In this document: positions 20,351 through 34,639 of the stretch, piece by piece | Numbering within the stretch: position 1 is the stretch's first letter | How the letters are laid out: each line of letters begins with the position of its first letter | Source: Callorhinchus milii | Lineage: Eukaryota | Reading direction: 5' to 3' | NCBI RefSeq assembly: GCF_018977255.1 | Contig: NW_024704770.1 | Location: 3,410,001 to 3,474,000 of the forward strand | DNA length: 64,000 bases | Translations under genes and position numbers: made by a program | The notes under the pieces: generated by a model | The model's input: only the letters and a program-made list of their open reading frames with translations | What the model was told of the DNA's origin: nothing | The model's database searches: none

Positions 20351-23172
20351 ATGGCGGGCGACGCGGCTGCAAAGGCCGCCGCCGAGAGGAGGCTCCAGCA
20401 GCAACGGCCTTTCCTCATCGCCGTCAGCGGCGGCACGGCCAGCGGCAAAGTACGTAGAGCGCGCGAGAGAGAGAGCGGTTTTAAGAGGGGGGGGGGGGGG
20501 GAAAGAAAAAAAAAAACCCCGTTTACCTCAGGGTTTTTGACCCCATTCGTTCCTTTCGCTCTGATTTTTTTTTCTCTCTCTCTCTCGCCGCTCTCTTCGT
20601 CATTTGGCCGTTGGAAAGAGCCGCGTGGACGGACGGGCGGACGCTGCGGCGCATGCGCACTGCTCCCTCCTCCTCCTCCTCCTCCCCCCCCCCCGCCGCC
20701 GCCGCGCGGAGTGATCGGGTGGCACTTCTTTTCCCCCCTCTCTCTCTCTCTCCCTCTCTGGCTCGGCGCGCATGCGGGTGATGAGGTCAAGGACGAGTCG
20801 CGCGCGTGCGCACGCGCGCCCCCCTTCCCCCTCCCCCCCCCCTTTTTCTCTGGTCGGTGTGTCTCCGCTCCGCTCGCTCTCTTTTCTTTTTTCCCGACCC
20901 CGCCCCGATTGATGGTTCGTTGTTTCACGTGCGCGGCCGTCAGGTCAAGAGCGGGCGGGCGGGCGGGGGGGAAGGGGAGACGAGGAAGCAGGTGGGAGGG
21001 CTCCTTGCTGCAGACACCTGGTCACCTGTGTGTGTGTGTGTGTGTGTGGGGGAGTGAGTGTGTTGTATATTTTTTTTCTTGGATTCTCCCCCCATTTGAC
21101 TCCTTTGTGTGCGCGGATGGATGTTACGCCGAGGAGGATTTTCGGTTGTTATTTTCGAGGCGCGGGGAAAAAAAAAAATGACACCGGGGGCGGGTGTGCG
21201 CGTACGTGCTATGTACGGTCCGCGTGGCCACGCGCCGCGCTTGCGTTCGGGGTACGGCGTCTTATCCCCCGCCCTCCAGGCGCCCCGAAGCGCTCCGCGG
21301 CCCTGACAGCAACGGCGGTGGACAGCCCCCCCGGCGTTCGACCCCGGCGGCCTCGAGCCGTCCCGCAGCGCTTCCCGGCATCCGCCGCGCCGCCCGGTTG
21401 CGCTGCCCCCGACGCGTGCCCGCGGGACGCCCCGCCGGTCGGAGTGACCCCGATTTGTTGTTTTAGGGCGTTACTGTCAAGCGGGCGGGACTGTGTATTG
21501 TGGGGGGTGGGTGTGCGGGGGGGAGGCCCCGAGTGAAACGTTTTCGCCGCCGGTTCGGGTGGGCGTGTTTGAGGCGTCTCGAAGCGCCTCGCGGAACGTA
21601 CTGTTGGGGTGCAGTGACTGTCCGTTTTGTGAGCGCGAAGGTAATCCGGGTCTGTGGGTGACCTGATTTGTGGGCGGGAGTGGAATGAGGACTTTCACAG
21701 CCAATATCAGGGGAAGGAGATTATTGGAGAGCCGCTGGATGGCAGACTGACTGACTGACTGACTGACTGACCAGCTTTATGGCAGCCACAAATCACAATT
21801 AGTACAGTAGTTCCCTGTGGTTGATTGCGGCTGCTTTCTGTCTGGTATATCTAGTTCTATCTGGAATCCTCCAGCTCAGTGGTTAGAGCAATCGCCTCGC
21901 AAGCGAGAAGACGGGTTTGAATCCCGGTAGGCGGGAACGTTGGACAAGTTTCCTTACTCCACGCGCTTCTGTTGACCCGGTAAATAGGAACCCGGTTGAT
22001 AGTCGATTTGTGGATTGCTTTTCCGGGAATAATAATTCCTTAACAATCACTGAATCCGCGACTGTTTGTGAGTCACTGCTGTGCACAATTGGCTGCCACG
22101 TTTTGCCCACAAAATATACAGTCAATTCACTTTACAATCTATTCTGTGAAGTGCTTTGAGCTGACTCAATGACATGATAAGGCACTACATCAGATGCAAG
22201 GATGATTATTATATCAGGGGAAGGAGATTAGATAGCCGCTGAGTCTGTGTTAGCCACAAATTGCAACTGGTGCAGTAGTTCTCTGGTTTATTGCCAATGC
22301 TTTCTGTATGGTGTATCTCAACGCTATGTTGATGTGGTTTGTTTTTTTTTGCCCAGTCCTCGGTGTGTCAGAAGATCGTGGAGCTCCTGGGGCAGAACAA
22401 AGTGGACCAACACCAGAGGCAAGTGGTGATCCTGAGCCAGGACAGTTTCTACCGGGTGCTGACGGTGGAACAGAAAACCAAAGTCAGTAAAGGACAATAC
22501 AACTTCGATCATCCAGGTACCCTGCCCTACGCAGCCTGACAGCTGAGATACACAAGGATAATAATAATAATAATCCTTGCATTTGATATAGCGTCTTGAT
22601 CACGTCTTTGAGACACCTCAAAGCACAGAATATACTAAAGTGAATTGACCGTATATCTTGTGAGCGAAGTGCGGCGGCCAATTGCACACAGCAGAGCCTC
22701 CACACACAGTCGGGGATTGAGTGTGCCCAGTGCAGTCTGACCTCCTGGTTTGTTCCCACGCAGATGCCTTTGACAATGAGCTGATACTGCGGACCCTCAA
22801 GGACATTATCAGCGGCCGAACGGTTCAGATTCCTGTCTACGATTTTGTGGTTCATTCTCGGTACGCACAGGCTTTTTTTTCATTTTTCCCTCTTGACTCT
22901 GTCTATGCTTCTCTCTCTGCCCTGTGTCTCTCTCTCTCTCTCTCTCTGACTTTGTCTTTCTCTCCCTCTGTCTCTGTACCTGGTGCTCAGTCTCTCTCTG
23001 CCTGTGTGTGTGTGTCTCTCTCTCTTTGCTGTGACTCACACTCTCTCTGTCTGTGTGTGTGTCTTTCTCTCTCTGCTGTGACTCACTCTCTCACTCTCTG
23101 GCAGGAAGGAGGAGATGGTGACGGTTTATCCGGCTGATGTGGTTCTGTTTGAGGGGATCCTGGTTTTCTACT
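20351..23172 (+). CDS. Uridine-cytidine kinase (UCK2-like; UCK1/2 family), partial; exons 20351-20449, 22357-22516, 22764-22860, 23105-(gap at 23173)
   Basis: MAGD...[15 protein letters not shown] (P-loop)/[14 protein letters not shown]...[14 protein letters not shown]...[14 protein letters not shown]...[35 protein letters not shown]. Exons of 99, 160 and 97 nt join in phase. The remaining exons are lost at the N gap. Confidence 0.93.
21860..22215 (+). mobile_element. Near full-length tRNA-derived SINE with L2-like tail
   Basis: Head AGCTCAGTGGTTAGAGCAATCGCCTCGCAAGCGAG...GGTTTGAATCCC; tail TGTGAAGTGCTTTGAG...ATGCAAGGATGATTATT. Confidence 0.8.
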
Positions 23173-24856
23173 NNNNNNNNNNNNNNNNNNNNNNNNNCCC
23201 ACACAGTCCTTGTTTGCTTGTGTTTTCATTGCAATCTGCTCAGTTCCTTCATTACTCCTCCAGTTGAATCGTTCTTCTTTAGCTGCATTTTCCTTTCTGT
23301 CCAGTCTTTTTTTTTTGGGGGGGGCGGGTGAATGGGGGGGGGGGGGGTGAATGGGGGGGGGGGGGGGGGGGGGTGAATGTGGGTGGGGGAAAAAGAGGGT
23401 GGGGGGTGACAGGTGATGGGGTGGCAGAGGCTGTGCTGGTAGTTGTGGTCCTCCCTCAAACGATCACAGTAATATAATCTAACAATCCTGGCACTTGACA
23501 CGGCGCCCGATCGTTGAGGCGCCTCAAAGAGCTTCACCGCTCACGCCGTAAAGTGGAGTGACTGCGTGTATTTGCGCGCGAAAAGGCACGTGACCCCGGC
23601 CTCCAACCCAAGCCATTGGCCCTTGTCTATTTTTAAATAAAACTTAACCTTTTTGTTTGGGAGGAGTGGTGGTGGTGGAGGCGGGGGGGGGGGGGAGACA
23701 TGGACCTTTGAGACACTTAAAAGAGGTCAGAAGGTTCATCTTGTGTCTTTGTTGCCTGGGCTATCAACAACTTGCATTTCACAACTCTGTCCACCAGTTC
23801 TGGTGGATGTTAAAGATCCCGAGGCAGTCTCTTCCAACTGTCGCATTCGCCTACCCAAAATACAGTCACTACACTTCACAGTAAAAAATCCTGCGGAGGA
23901 GTGGTAAGAGGATGTAGTCAGAAAGCATTCTGAGAGGTGGGTCCTTGGGAAAGTTTTGAAGGCAAGGACCTCTGTAACAACGTCAGAACGCCCTGAAACG
24001 TGGTGGGATGGAGGTTAGAGAAAACATCAACAGTGCAAAGCCTTTGCTTTTTTTGTTGTTGAAAATATATATTTATTTATCAATATAGTATTCGGTACAA
24101 ACAGAAATCAAAATCAAACACAACGTACAACAGCTTCTGTTACATTTTTCCCTTCCTCCTGATACAAAAACATTCCATTCCTTCACCGCACACAAGATGT
24201 GCACAGTTTGTTTTTGGGGGGGACACTCCCTTTGAAACAGTCAGGAGTCATAGGAAGAGGAGTAGGCCATTCAGCCCTTCGAGCCTGTTCCGCTATTTAA
24301 TTAGACCATGGCTGATCTGTACCTCAACTAAGCCTTTCGCCCTGTGTGCACTACATCAACGTGTACACCCACACACACCCCGATAGGGTGCACTTACTGC
24401 TTTTGGAAGGTGCCTGTGCTCAGTATCAGGAGGAGTGCTCGAGAATAGACTCAAATGACCTTTTGTACTCTGCGCTATGGACTAGGAGATAGCTGCTGAT
24501 TCAACAGTAACCGCTGAGATAGCTGAATAGTGTGGTTACAGTGTGAGCAAGCCATAGCTTGTTCTGCTGATAAACCTGTTATTCAAGCTTCTCCCCCCAC
24601 GTGACAAGCAGCCCCCAAAGTCAGAAGCTACAGGAACAAAGGTTACGTAGAGGAAATGGGACTGAATGCGGAAACAATAAGGGAAGTTGAGTTGCAGTTA
24701 TCTTTAAGAGATCTGTGAGAGTTGACTGACTGTCAGAAGCCGGTCTTGTACAGATTACAGGAAGTCTGGTGAGACTTGTGCAGGGTATCTGAGGTTGTGG
24801 CCAAATCCGACCGGCTTAACGTTCTCCCCTTTGCGCCTCTCAAGTTCGAGGCAGAG

Positions 24857-27800
24857 ATGATTCGAAGAATTGCAGTCGCTGTGCTGGCAGTACTGTACAC
24901 CGCGGCACTCAGTCTCGGCGCTGACCGGGGTACGTTTGTTTTGCTGCGATTAATGTTATTAATAATAATAATCCTTGCATTTGACATAGCGCCTAATCCA
25001 TCGTTGAGACGTCTCAAAGCGCTTCACAGGATACACTGTAAAGTGGAGTGACTGTGTATTTTGTGGGCGAAATGCTAAGTGTATTTGTTAAGCCAACACA
25101 GAAAGGGGTGTTGCACATAGCAAGGTGTCCCTCGCATGAGTCACTAAAGCCAACGATCATCAATCAATGTCTTTCTCAGGTCCCTCCAAGTCTCTTGGCT
25201 TCCTGGCGGTGGGGGACTGGGGCGGGCTGCCGGTCTCACCGTACACCACGCCGGTGGAGAGAACCACGGCTCACCAGATGGGTGTTGCGGCAGAGACACT
25301 GGGTGCCGATTTCATCCTGTCCCTGGGGGACAACTTTTACTTCGATGGAATCAAAGACTTGACCGACCGAAGATTTCAGGTGATATTTGAGTCTCTCGGG
25401 CTGAGGAGTTAACTGACATAGACCTGTCTGCTCCCTCCGCTCAGCAGGCTCCGGCCCGCTCCACCTCCCCCTCTCGGCCCACCCCATCACTGGCGGTCAG
25501 GCCCTCAGCCTCTCTGCCCCCACTCTTTGGAACTCCATCCCATTGTCCCTTTGCTTCTCACCCTCCCTCACCTCCTTCAAAGCACATCTCAAGCCCCATC
25601 TCTTCGACTGTGCCTTCAGTCACCCTCCTAGCCCCACTCCTCCTGATCCCAAACCCCAGCTTGGACCCAAATCCCTGACTGTCCAGCGCCTTGGGACGTC
25701 CTCCCACAGTTAAAGACGCTGTATAAATATCATTTGTTGTTGCTGTTGTTAACAAGAATGGTGGCTGGTTAGGGGTGACTTAATACTCACTAACAGCTCC
25801 CTAATCACACACATTAACTTTGAAATAGTAGCTAAACGAACGATAGAGTAATAAATCAAAGTAAAGCCAGCGAAGAAAACTTATTTGTGGCAGGAACTGA
25901 CAAGTAGGACAGGGTGTATCACTGTTGATAATAATCCTTGCATTTGATACAGCGCTTAATAACGCCTTCGAGACGCCTCAAAGGGCTTCACAGTGTACAC
26001 TATAAAGTGTAGTGACTATGTATTTCGTGGGGGGAAACGCAGCAGCCATCTGCGCATAGCAGCGTCCTGCAAAAAGTCGTGGATTGAATGACCAAATTAA
26101 ACAGCAACTTGCAATCGTATGGCATAGAGTCTCGGGGCTCTGTACAGCAGGAGAGTTGGAAGGCTTGCGAGGGAGAAAGGGAGAAGTGACACCTCAATGT
26201 AATTTCAGTCATAAAGTGGGATTTAAAGGCTGACTGCTTAATCCAAATGCTGATCTGAAACCACACGTAGAAACCTGAGAGCCCAAATTCCACCTAGTCT
26301 GAGCCCGTCAGATCATTTCGTCTCAATGCGGAATTTAAGGCCGTGTGAGATTCTTTTGTATGAACCACGGAAAAGCGGCTTCCAAATTCAAACTGAATTT
26401 AAACATTTTCCGACAAGAATCGCTCTGCCTCACCTGGTCCTTTGCCCCCTTCGAGGCCCGTCTCAAGACTTTCCCGAGTGTGCTTTCAGCCACTGTCCTA
26501 ACCCCTCTCCATTCCAACCCCCAGCTCAGGTGCAAACCCTCAACTGTCCAGTGCCTTGGGACATCCTCCCGACGTGAAATGTGTTTGTTGTTGTTCTTGT
26601 GCCTTTCTAAATATTCAAGTCTTGCTCTGTGTGGGTAGTGTAGTGATATTCACACTCTCTCTCTCTTTTTTGGGGGAAAATATCTTCAGGAAACGTTTGA
26701 AGATATATTTTCTGCCGAATCGCTGAGGGATGTGCCGTGGTTTGTCCTGGCTGGGAACCACGATCATTCGGGAAACGTCACAGCACAGATTGCTTATTCC
26801 AACTCTTCCAGACGCTGGTGAGGATTTCTGCCGTTTCCTGTCATTTGTCAAGCCCTCCCTCCCCTTCCTCTACATCCACACTTTGAGAGGGACTCAATAA
26901 AGATGTGTCCTCCTCTTAAACCATCAAGCACTTTGAGACGTCCTTCCCGCTGTGACAGAATACCGCTCTCTTGTACGGTACAAAATGGTTGTTCACTTGG
27001 CCATTTGAAAAATGGCCGCTCCCTTACCTTCTCTACAAATACACACTCGCTGCTCTCAACACCAGCTAAGCCCCCACGAAGAGCTTGGAGACATCTTGCT
27101 GGTCTGGTCACCATGTCAAGAGGCGAGGCTTGTTGCACTGAAACCATGTCACTCCTAAAACAGAAAATGCTGTTTCTCTTTGGTTTCGTTCCTATCCGAT
27201 TGTTTTGCATTTGTACTGTCCCGACCCAACTGTCCAGCGCCTTGGGACGTCCTCCCAACGTGAAAGGCGCTCTATAAATGAAATCTTGTTGTTGTTGTTG
27301 ACGTGATAAGGTGCTGTATCAATTGCAAGTTATTATTTATTATTATCCGCAGGAACTTCCCCAACTATTACTACGAGCTGAATTTCACACTGGAAGGCAC
27401 CAATGTCACCGTGACCATCCTGATGCTGGACACCATCCTGCTCTGCGGAAACTCGGACGACTTCAACGGAGAGCAACCGGAGGCTCCCAGAAATTCCCGA
27501 GCGGCCGATGCACAGCTGAAGTGGATCCGGACAAAGCTGGAAAGTTCCAGGTATCCCAACAAACGCTGGGACTCTGCTCTGGAATGCAGAGAATCTGTCT
27601 TTCTCTCACATAAAGTTCTGCGCACACACGTGCGTGTGGTGTGTGTGTGTGTGTGAGAGTGACCGGACGTCTCCTGCTCTGCCTCTCAAATAGGATGCAG
27701 CCTTTCTTTTTGTGGAGTGGCTGAAGGTTCAGCCGCCAAAGGTGGGACATACAGCAACAAGTGCAACTTCACGCTTGACAATGGCGGAGTCTGACATTGT

Positions 27801-28830
27801 CTGAACCGAGGGAGAGGGAGGGGAGGGCGAAGAGGTGATCGTAAGCACCATCACGTGGGCTGCGGGATAGATTGGAAGCTTCTTACATGACCGACTACCC
27901 AGCTGTGTGTGTGTGCATGACTCGATTACACTGTTCGTTAACTGCGTCAAGTTGTCAATCCTATTCCCAGTGAGCATCTTTCTCTCGCTGTCTGTTTCTT
28001 TCTCCCCGTCACGTCCTCCAGGGCAGATTTCCTGATTGTCGCTGGTCACTATCCGGTCTGGTCGATCGCTGAGCACGGACCCACCAAGTGCCTAGTGAAG
28101 TATCTCTACCCTCTCCTCACAAAGTACAGAGTCAGCGCCTATTTCTGCGGACACGACCACAACCTACAGGTAGGGGGCAGTCTCCACACAGGGAGCCCAC
28201 TCGCCTCATAGAGTCAGTAAACCGACTGTCTTATCATTCAACAACAACTTGCATTTATATAGAGCGCCCCTCACGCAGGGTAGCGTCCCAGAGCCCTTGT
28301 TCGAGTGTTATTAATACAGCTGCCTTAACACATCGTTGAGATGTCTCAAAGCGCTTCACAGGATACACTGTAAAGTCAATTGACTGTATATTTAATGGGT
28401 GGAATGCGGCGGCCAATTGGGCACAACAGCGTCCACAAACGGGTTCCTACTTACTGCTAAGGTAAACGGAGGTGCGCGTGTAGAGTAAGGACATTTGCCT
28501 AAGGTGTCGCCCTGTCCGGCCAGGGTCGGGAAAGGGCTGTGTGAATTCCCTCCAGACCTCACTCCCTCTCTTCCCGCTCTGTGTCAGTTCATTCAGGACA
28601 GCAACGGGATTGCCTACGTGCTGAGCGGGGCCGGGAACTTCATGGACGACTCGACGAGGCACAAGCACCGTGTGCCCGAGGGGTGGCTGAAGTTCTCCTA
28701 CGCGGACATCGTCTCTCTGGGTGGCTTCGTCCACGTGGAGATCACTGAGGAGGAGATGCTCATCACCTACATCGCGTCTCTCGGCAAATCCCTCTTCCGG
28801 GCCAGCGTCCCCAAACGCCCTCACAAATAA
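24857..28830 (+). CDS. ACP5: Tartrate-resistant acid phosphatase type 5 (purple acid phosphatase); exons 24857-24929, 25180-25379, 26690-26817, 27353-27550, 28022-28169, 28588-28830
   Basis: Signal peptide [21 protein letters not shown]; all five metal-binding motifs present (GDWG, GDNFY, GNHD, VAGHYP, GHDH); C-terminal [11 protein letters not shown]; splice sites phase-consistent. Confidence 0.96.
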
Positions 28831-29559
28831 CAAGGCAGACTCTCCCCGGCAGTGGTGATCACACACGATGGCTTTAGCTTCACGATCCACGCTTTGTCGC
28901 ACTCGACTGCTGAGAGGCGACACCTTTGCAGAACAAAGCCCCTCCAGGGGAATGAATTTTGCTTGGAACCCGCGTCAGGTCTTAATCGTTGAGAGCTTCC
29001 CAGCGGAGGGAGGGGCGGGCGGGAGCTGGGAGCAAGCCCGAAGCGATAAAAGAGCGATGAAATCTGCCCGTCCGTCCGCCCCGGAACCGCGAGCACCACC
29101 GGATTCCCGGAGAGCGCGGGCGGACCCCCCGGCCCCCTCCAGCCCGGACGTCTGCACGGAGCGCTTCGCGGGATGTTCGACCTTTAGCGACTTTGCCGGG
29201 GGTCCGGGGGCGACGCTGTAGCCTCTTTGTAACAATAATAATAATAATTTTTGCATTTGATACAGAGCCTTATCGTGTCTTCGAGTCGTCGTCAACAACC
29301 ACGACAGCAGCGACTTGCATTTGCGCGGGCGCCCTCAAGCGGGACAGCGCCCCGGAGCGCTGGGCAGGGGCTGGGCAGGGGCTGGGCAGGGGCTGGGCGG
29401 GGCTGGGCAGGGGCTGGGCAGGGCAGCCAACTGCACCATTGGCTCCCAAAGCCAAGTCTTTGCACCGTTGGGCTCCCAAATCCAACAACAACAACAACCA
29501 GCAACTTGTGCCCCACCAACCGTCACCTCTTTTTTGAATCCTTTTGAACCTCCAACGGT

Positions 29560-30217
29560 CGACCTGGTGACGTCACACCGGCGCACACCGCGCGCCACGT
29601 GGCCCACTCAATCCCGCCCCCCCCCCCGCCTGTCACCCTCTCGGAATGATTGACAGCGGCCGAGAACCAATCGGCGAGTAGTTACGAGGGAACCGGAGGG
29701 GGGGGGGGAGAGAAAGAGAAATGAGCCTCGTGGTGATGGTAAGAGGGGGTGGGGCCGAAGCGGCAGTGATTGACAGCGAGCGGGAGCCAATGGGGAGAGC
29801 GGATCCGATGCAACTGGGGGGCGGGATCATCGCGGGGAGTCATTGAAAGCGGCCGAGGCCAATCAGCGTGGAGCCCTAAGGGAGGGTCAGAGGAAAGGGG
29901 AGACGGGGCGTGGGGTCGGCCATGATTGACAACTGCACGAGCCAATGGGGGGACGGGCGGAGGGTGATTGACAGCGGCGGCGGCCCAATCAGGGGGAACT
30001 GGAGGCGGCTGAGCGACGCGGTGACGCGACGGAGGCGGTTGACGGCGCGGGCAGGCGGGGTGGGTGGTGGGGGGGGGAGGGGCTGCGTCAGGGGCCGAGC
30101 GGAGCGGAGTGTGTCTGTGCAGTCAGTCAGTCAGTCGGCAGCGGCTCCGGGTTCTCCCGGGAAGACGGAGAGACTAACGTGACGACAGCGCCTCCGCGCT
30201 ATTTTTTTTACCTCAGG
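29560..30217 (+). promoter_or_regulatory. ELOF1 CpG-island promoter and probable non-coding exon 1 (donor CAG|GTACGA near 30217)
   Basis: CRE TGACGTCA at about 29568 and five TGATTGACAG-like + CCAAT composites; CpG-rich. Confidence 0.65.
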
Positions 30218-30960
30218 TACGAGTCATATATACATATCTATCTATTCTTTTACCTTGGGCGCCACCACCGGGGGGAGGGAAGCGGTTGACTGGCTGCGAA
30301 TCGAGCGCCATTTGCGCGCCCCGTTCCCTCAAACCGCCGCCGCCGCCGCCCGCCATGAGCCGTTATAACCGGCGTCGTTGATGGGCGCGGCCCTCGGCCA
30401 ATCAGGCCGCGACCCGCGCTCTGACTGACTGACTGACGGGCGCCCCGGGCCAATCGGAGCGGGTCGAGTCGCGGCGGGCGAGCCAATCGGGCGGGGGTGG
30501 GGCGGGGACATTCGCTTGGACCGACAGCCAATCGGAGGATGAGCAGGGGGCGGGACTTCCGCTGGTGTGGTGGGGGTGGGGGGGGACTCTGGCTCACAGC
30601 ATGGCAGCTTCCTCATGTCACTCACTCACTCACTCACTCACAGTGATAACACGAGGGTTTGTGGGCAAAAAGAAGGCCAAGGTCCATCCAGTCCGCCCTC
30701 CAGCCTCCTGGCCGTCGCACGCACGCGTCGCCCCCCCCACCCCCCAAACCGTATAATAATAATAATAATATGATGATGATAATCCTCGCATTTGATGCAG
30801 CGCCGAGTCAGGTCTTCCGAGGCGCAGCATACACCACGAATGTAAAGTGGAGTGACCGTGCGCTGTGCGGGAGAAAACAGCGCGCGCAGCAGAGTCGCAC
30901 AAACAGTATACACACACACATATACATAGAATCACACAAATCGTACAGTCACGACACTTG

Positions 30961-31290
30961 TGGAGTCCTGTGGCTCAGTGGTTAGAGCACTCGCTTTGCG
31001 AGTGAGAGACCTGAGTTAAATTCCAGGCAGAGGGTGAAACCTTGGGCAAGTTTCCTTACTCCACACAGAGCCTAATAATAATCCTCCAAAACCAAAAACA
31101 ATAATAAATTGGTCATTTTCAATCTACGACTGTTTGTGGGACATTGCTGTGCGCAAATGGCTGCCGCGTTCGCCCACAAATATACAGTCAATTCACTTTA
31201 CAGTGTGTTCTGTGAAGCGCTTTGGGAAGTCGAGAAGACGTGAAAAGCGCTATATCAAATGCAAGGATTATTATTATTATTATTATTTAC
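30961..31290 (+). mobile_element. tRNA-derived SINE (same family)
   Basis: GGAGTCCTGTGGCTCAGTGGTTAGAGCACTCGC head; (TTA)n tail. Confidence 0.8.
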
Positions 31291-31529
31291 AGTGTATCAC
31301 ATGAAGCGCTTTGAGACGTCTTGGAAGTTTATTGTGGTGTTATTGTTATTTTATTGTTGCTTTTGTTTTGCCACTATTGGTCATTTTATTACCATAATGC
31401 TTTTAATAATAATAATATTATTATTATTTGCTGCTATTATTATTTGTTATTACGGTAAACGCTGGTAACACCTGGCTCAACTTGTTACTACCACTTAAGT
31501 CATGCTTAAACAATATCCCAGACGCATTT

Positions 31530-31885
31530 CATAATAACAATAAACCTTGCATTTGATACAGCCTCTTATCCGTTGCTGAGATGCCTTTAAAGGGCTTCAC
31601 AAGATGTGCTGTAAAGTGGATTGACTATATTTTGTGTGCGTAAATCGGCAGACAATCGCGCACAGCAGTGTCCAGCAAACAGTCGTGGATTGCGTAACCA
31701 AATTTTTGTGTTTGGAGAGATTATTGCCCCCGGAAAGTGATCCACCAAATGACTAACGACCGGGTTCCTACTTACTGCTAAGTAAACAGAGGGGTGTATG
31801 TGGAGTAAGGAAACTTGCCTGGGAATGGAAGCCAGGTCCTCTCGCTTGTGAGGCGAGTGCTCTAACCACTGAGCTACAGGACGCT
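31530..31885 (-). mobile_element. tRNA-derived SINE, reverse orientation
   Basis: Reverse complement of the family head at about 31840-31885 and of the tail at about 31535-31620. Confidence 0.8.
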
Positions 31886-32163
31886 GCTTACTTACTTGGA
31901 TGTGTTGAGGAATTCATTGAACCTTTGTCTCTGTTTCCCCAGGAAGAGGGGCTGCGTTGGGACATCGGGACAGTGGTTGACGACAGTGTGTATTGATGCT
32001 CGGATCGGGAGGCTGGAATTTAATTGGAAAGAGTGACGTGAAGAGACTTGAAGGTTTGTGGCATTATCGTGAGTTTCTTTTGAGGTTGGCCCAAAGTCGT
32101 GACCGGGGGACAGCCAGAGAATCAGAGCCTGGGGAAGCAAGCCTGTGATTAAACGATGAATGA

Positions 32164-33777
<1,614 letters not shown>

Positions 33778-33959
33778 CTAACGGGATTTGGCTGGAGCCA
33801 CTCTTTATATTTTTATTTTCAAGTGTTTTTTTTTCCTTTCTTTTTACCGACTGTAAATAGGTTCTTTGAGTGCTTGTGGAGTCCTCTCTCTCTGTCTCTC
33901 TCTCTCTCTCTCTCTACTCCTTTGCAAGCTGTGTATAAAATGAAAAGTAGCATATTTTG

Positions 33960-34310
33960 TGGAGTCCTGTTGCGTATTGGTTAGAGCACTCGCCTCGCAA
34001 GCGAGTGTTATCCGGGTTCGATTCCCGGGCGGGTCAGGGCGAAACCTTAGGCAAGTTTCCTTACTCCACATACACGCCACTTGTTTACCTTGCAGTAAGC
34101 AGGAAACCGGTCGTTAGTCGATTGGCGGATCACTTTCCGGGGGTAATAATCCCTTCAATAATAAATAAAGAAATAAATAATAATAAATTGGTCACTCAAT
34201 CCACGACTGTTTGTGGGACACTGCTGTGCGCAGTTGGCTGCTGTGTTTTGCCCACAAAATATACACTTACAGTGTATCCCGTGAAGCGCTTTGCGACGTC
34301 TCGAAGACAC
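33960..34310 (+). mobile_element. tRNA-derived SINE
   Basis: A/B-box head (GGTTAGAGC...GGTTCGATTCCCGG), family body and tail. Confidence 0.8.
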
Positions 34311-34639
34311 ACTCATGCCCACACGTTAACCGTAGAGACGGGAGGCATTCTGTAGCCTGGTTTGGTAGTCGCAGAAATAGCAGCTCTTTGAATCACTTTT
34401 CCCCGCTCTCTTTCGTAGCCTTCCTCCCCGGCGATCCCAGCTGGACAACAATCTATCTCCAGCATTTCCATGTACAGGTGGGTTTTGGAGTCTCTTAGGG
34501 GAGGGAGAGAGAGTGCCAGATTTCCAATAGCCTTAGGGTGAAAAACTGCCTCCTGACTTCACTCCCTGGTTGCCCCGGGTCTAATTTTAATTTGCAGTGA
34601 CTGACATGCCTGTGGCATGTAGATTGCCTTACCTGTGTT

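Noticed and set aside
20041-21536. Several 170-295 aa Arg/Pro/Gly-rich ORFs on both strands
   Set aside because: Stop-poor CpG-island sequence around UCK exon 1; only 20351-20449 is coding
33961-34035. tRNA-like sequence (also at about 21870, 30965, 42045, 54290 and 59475)
   Set aside because: Divergent heads of a dispersed SINE family, usually followed by the SINE body; not tRNA genes
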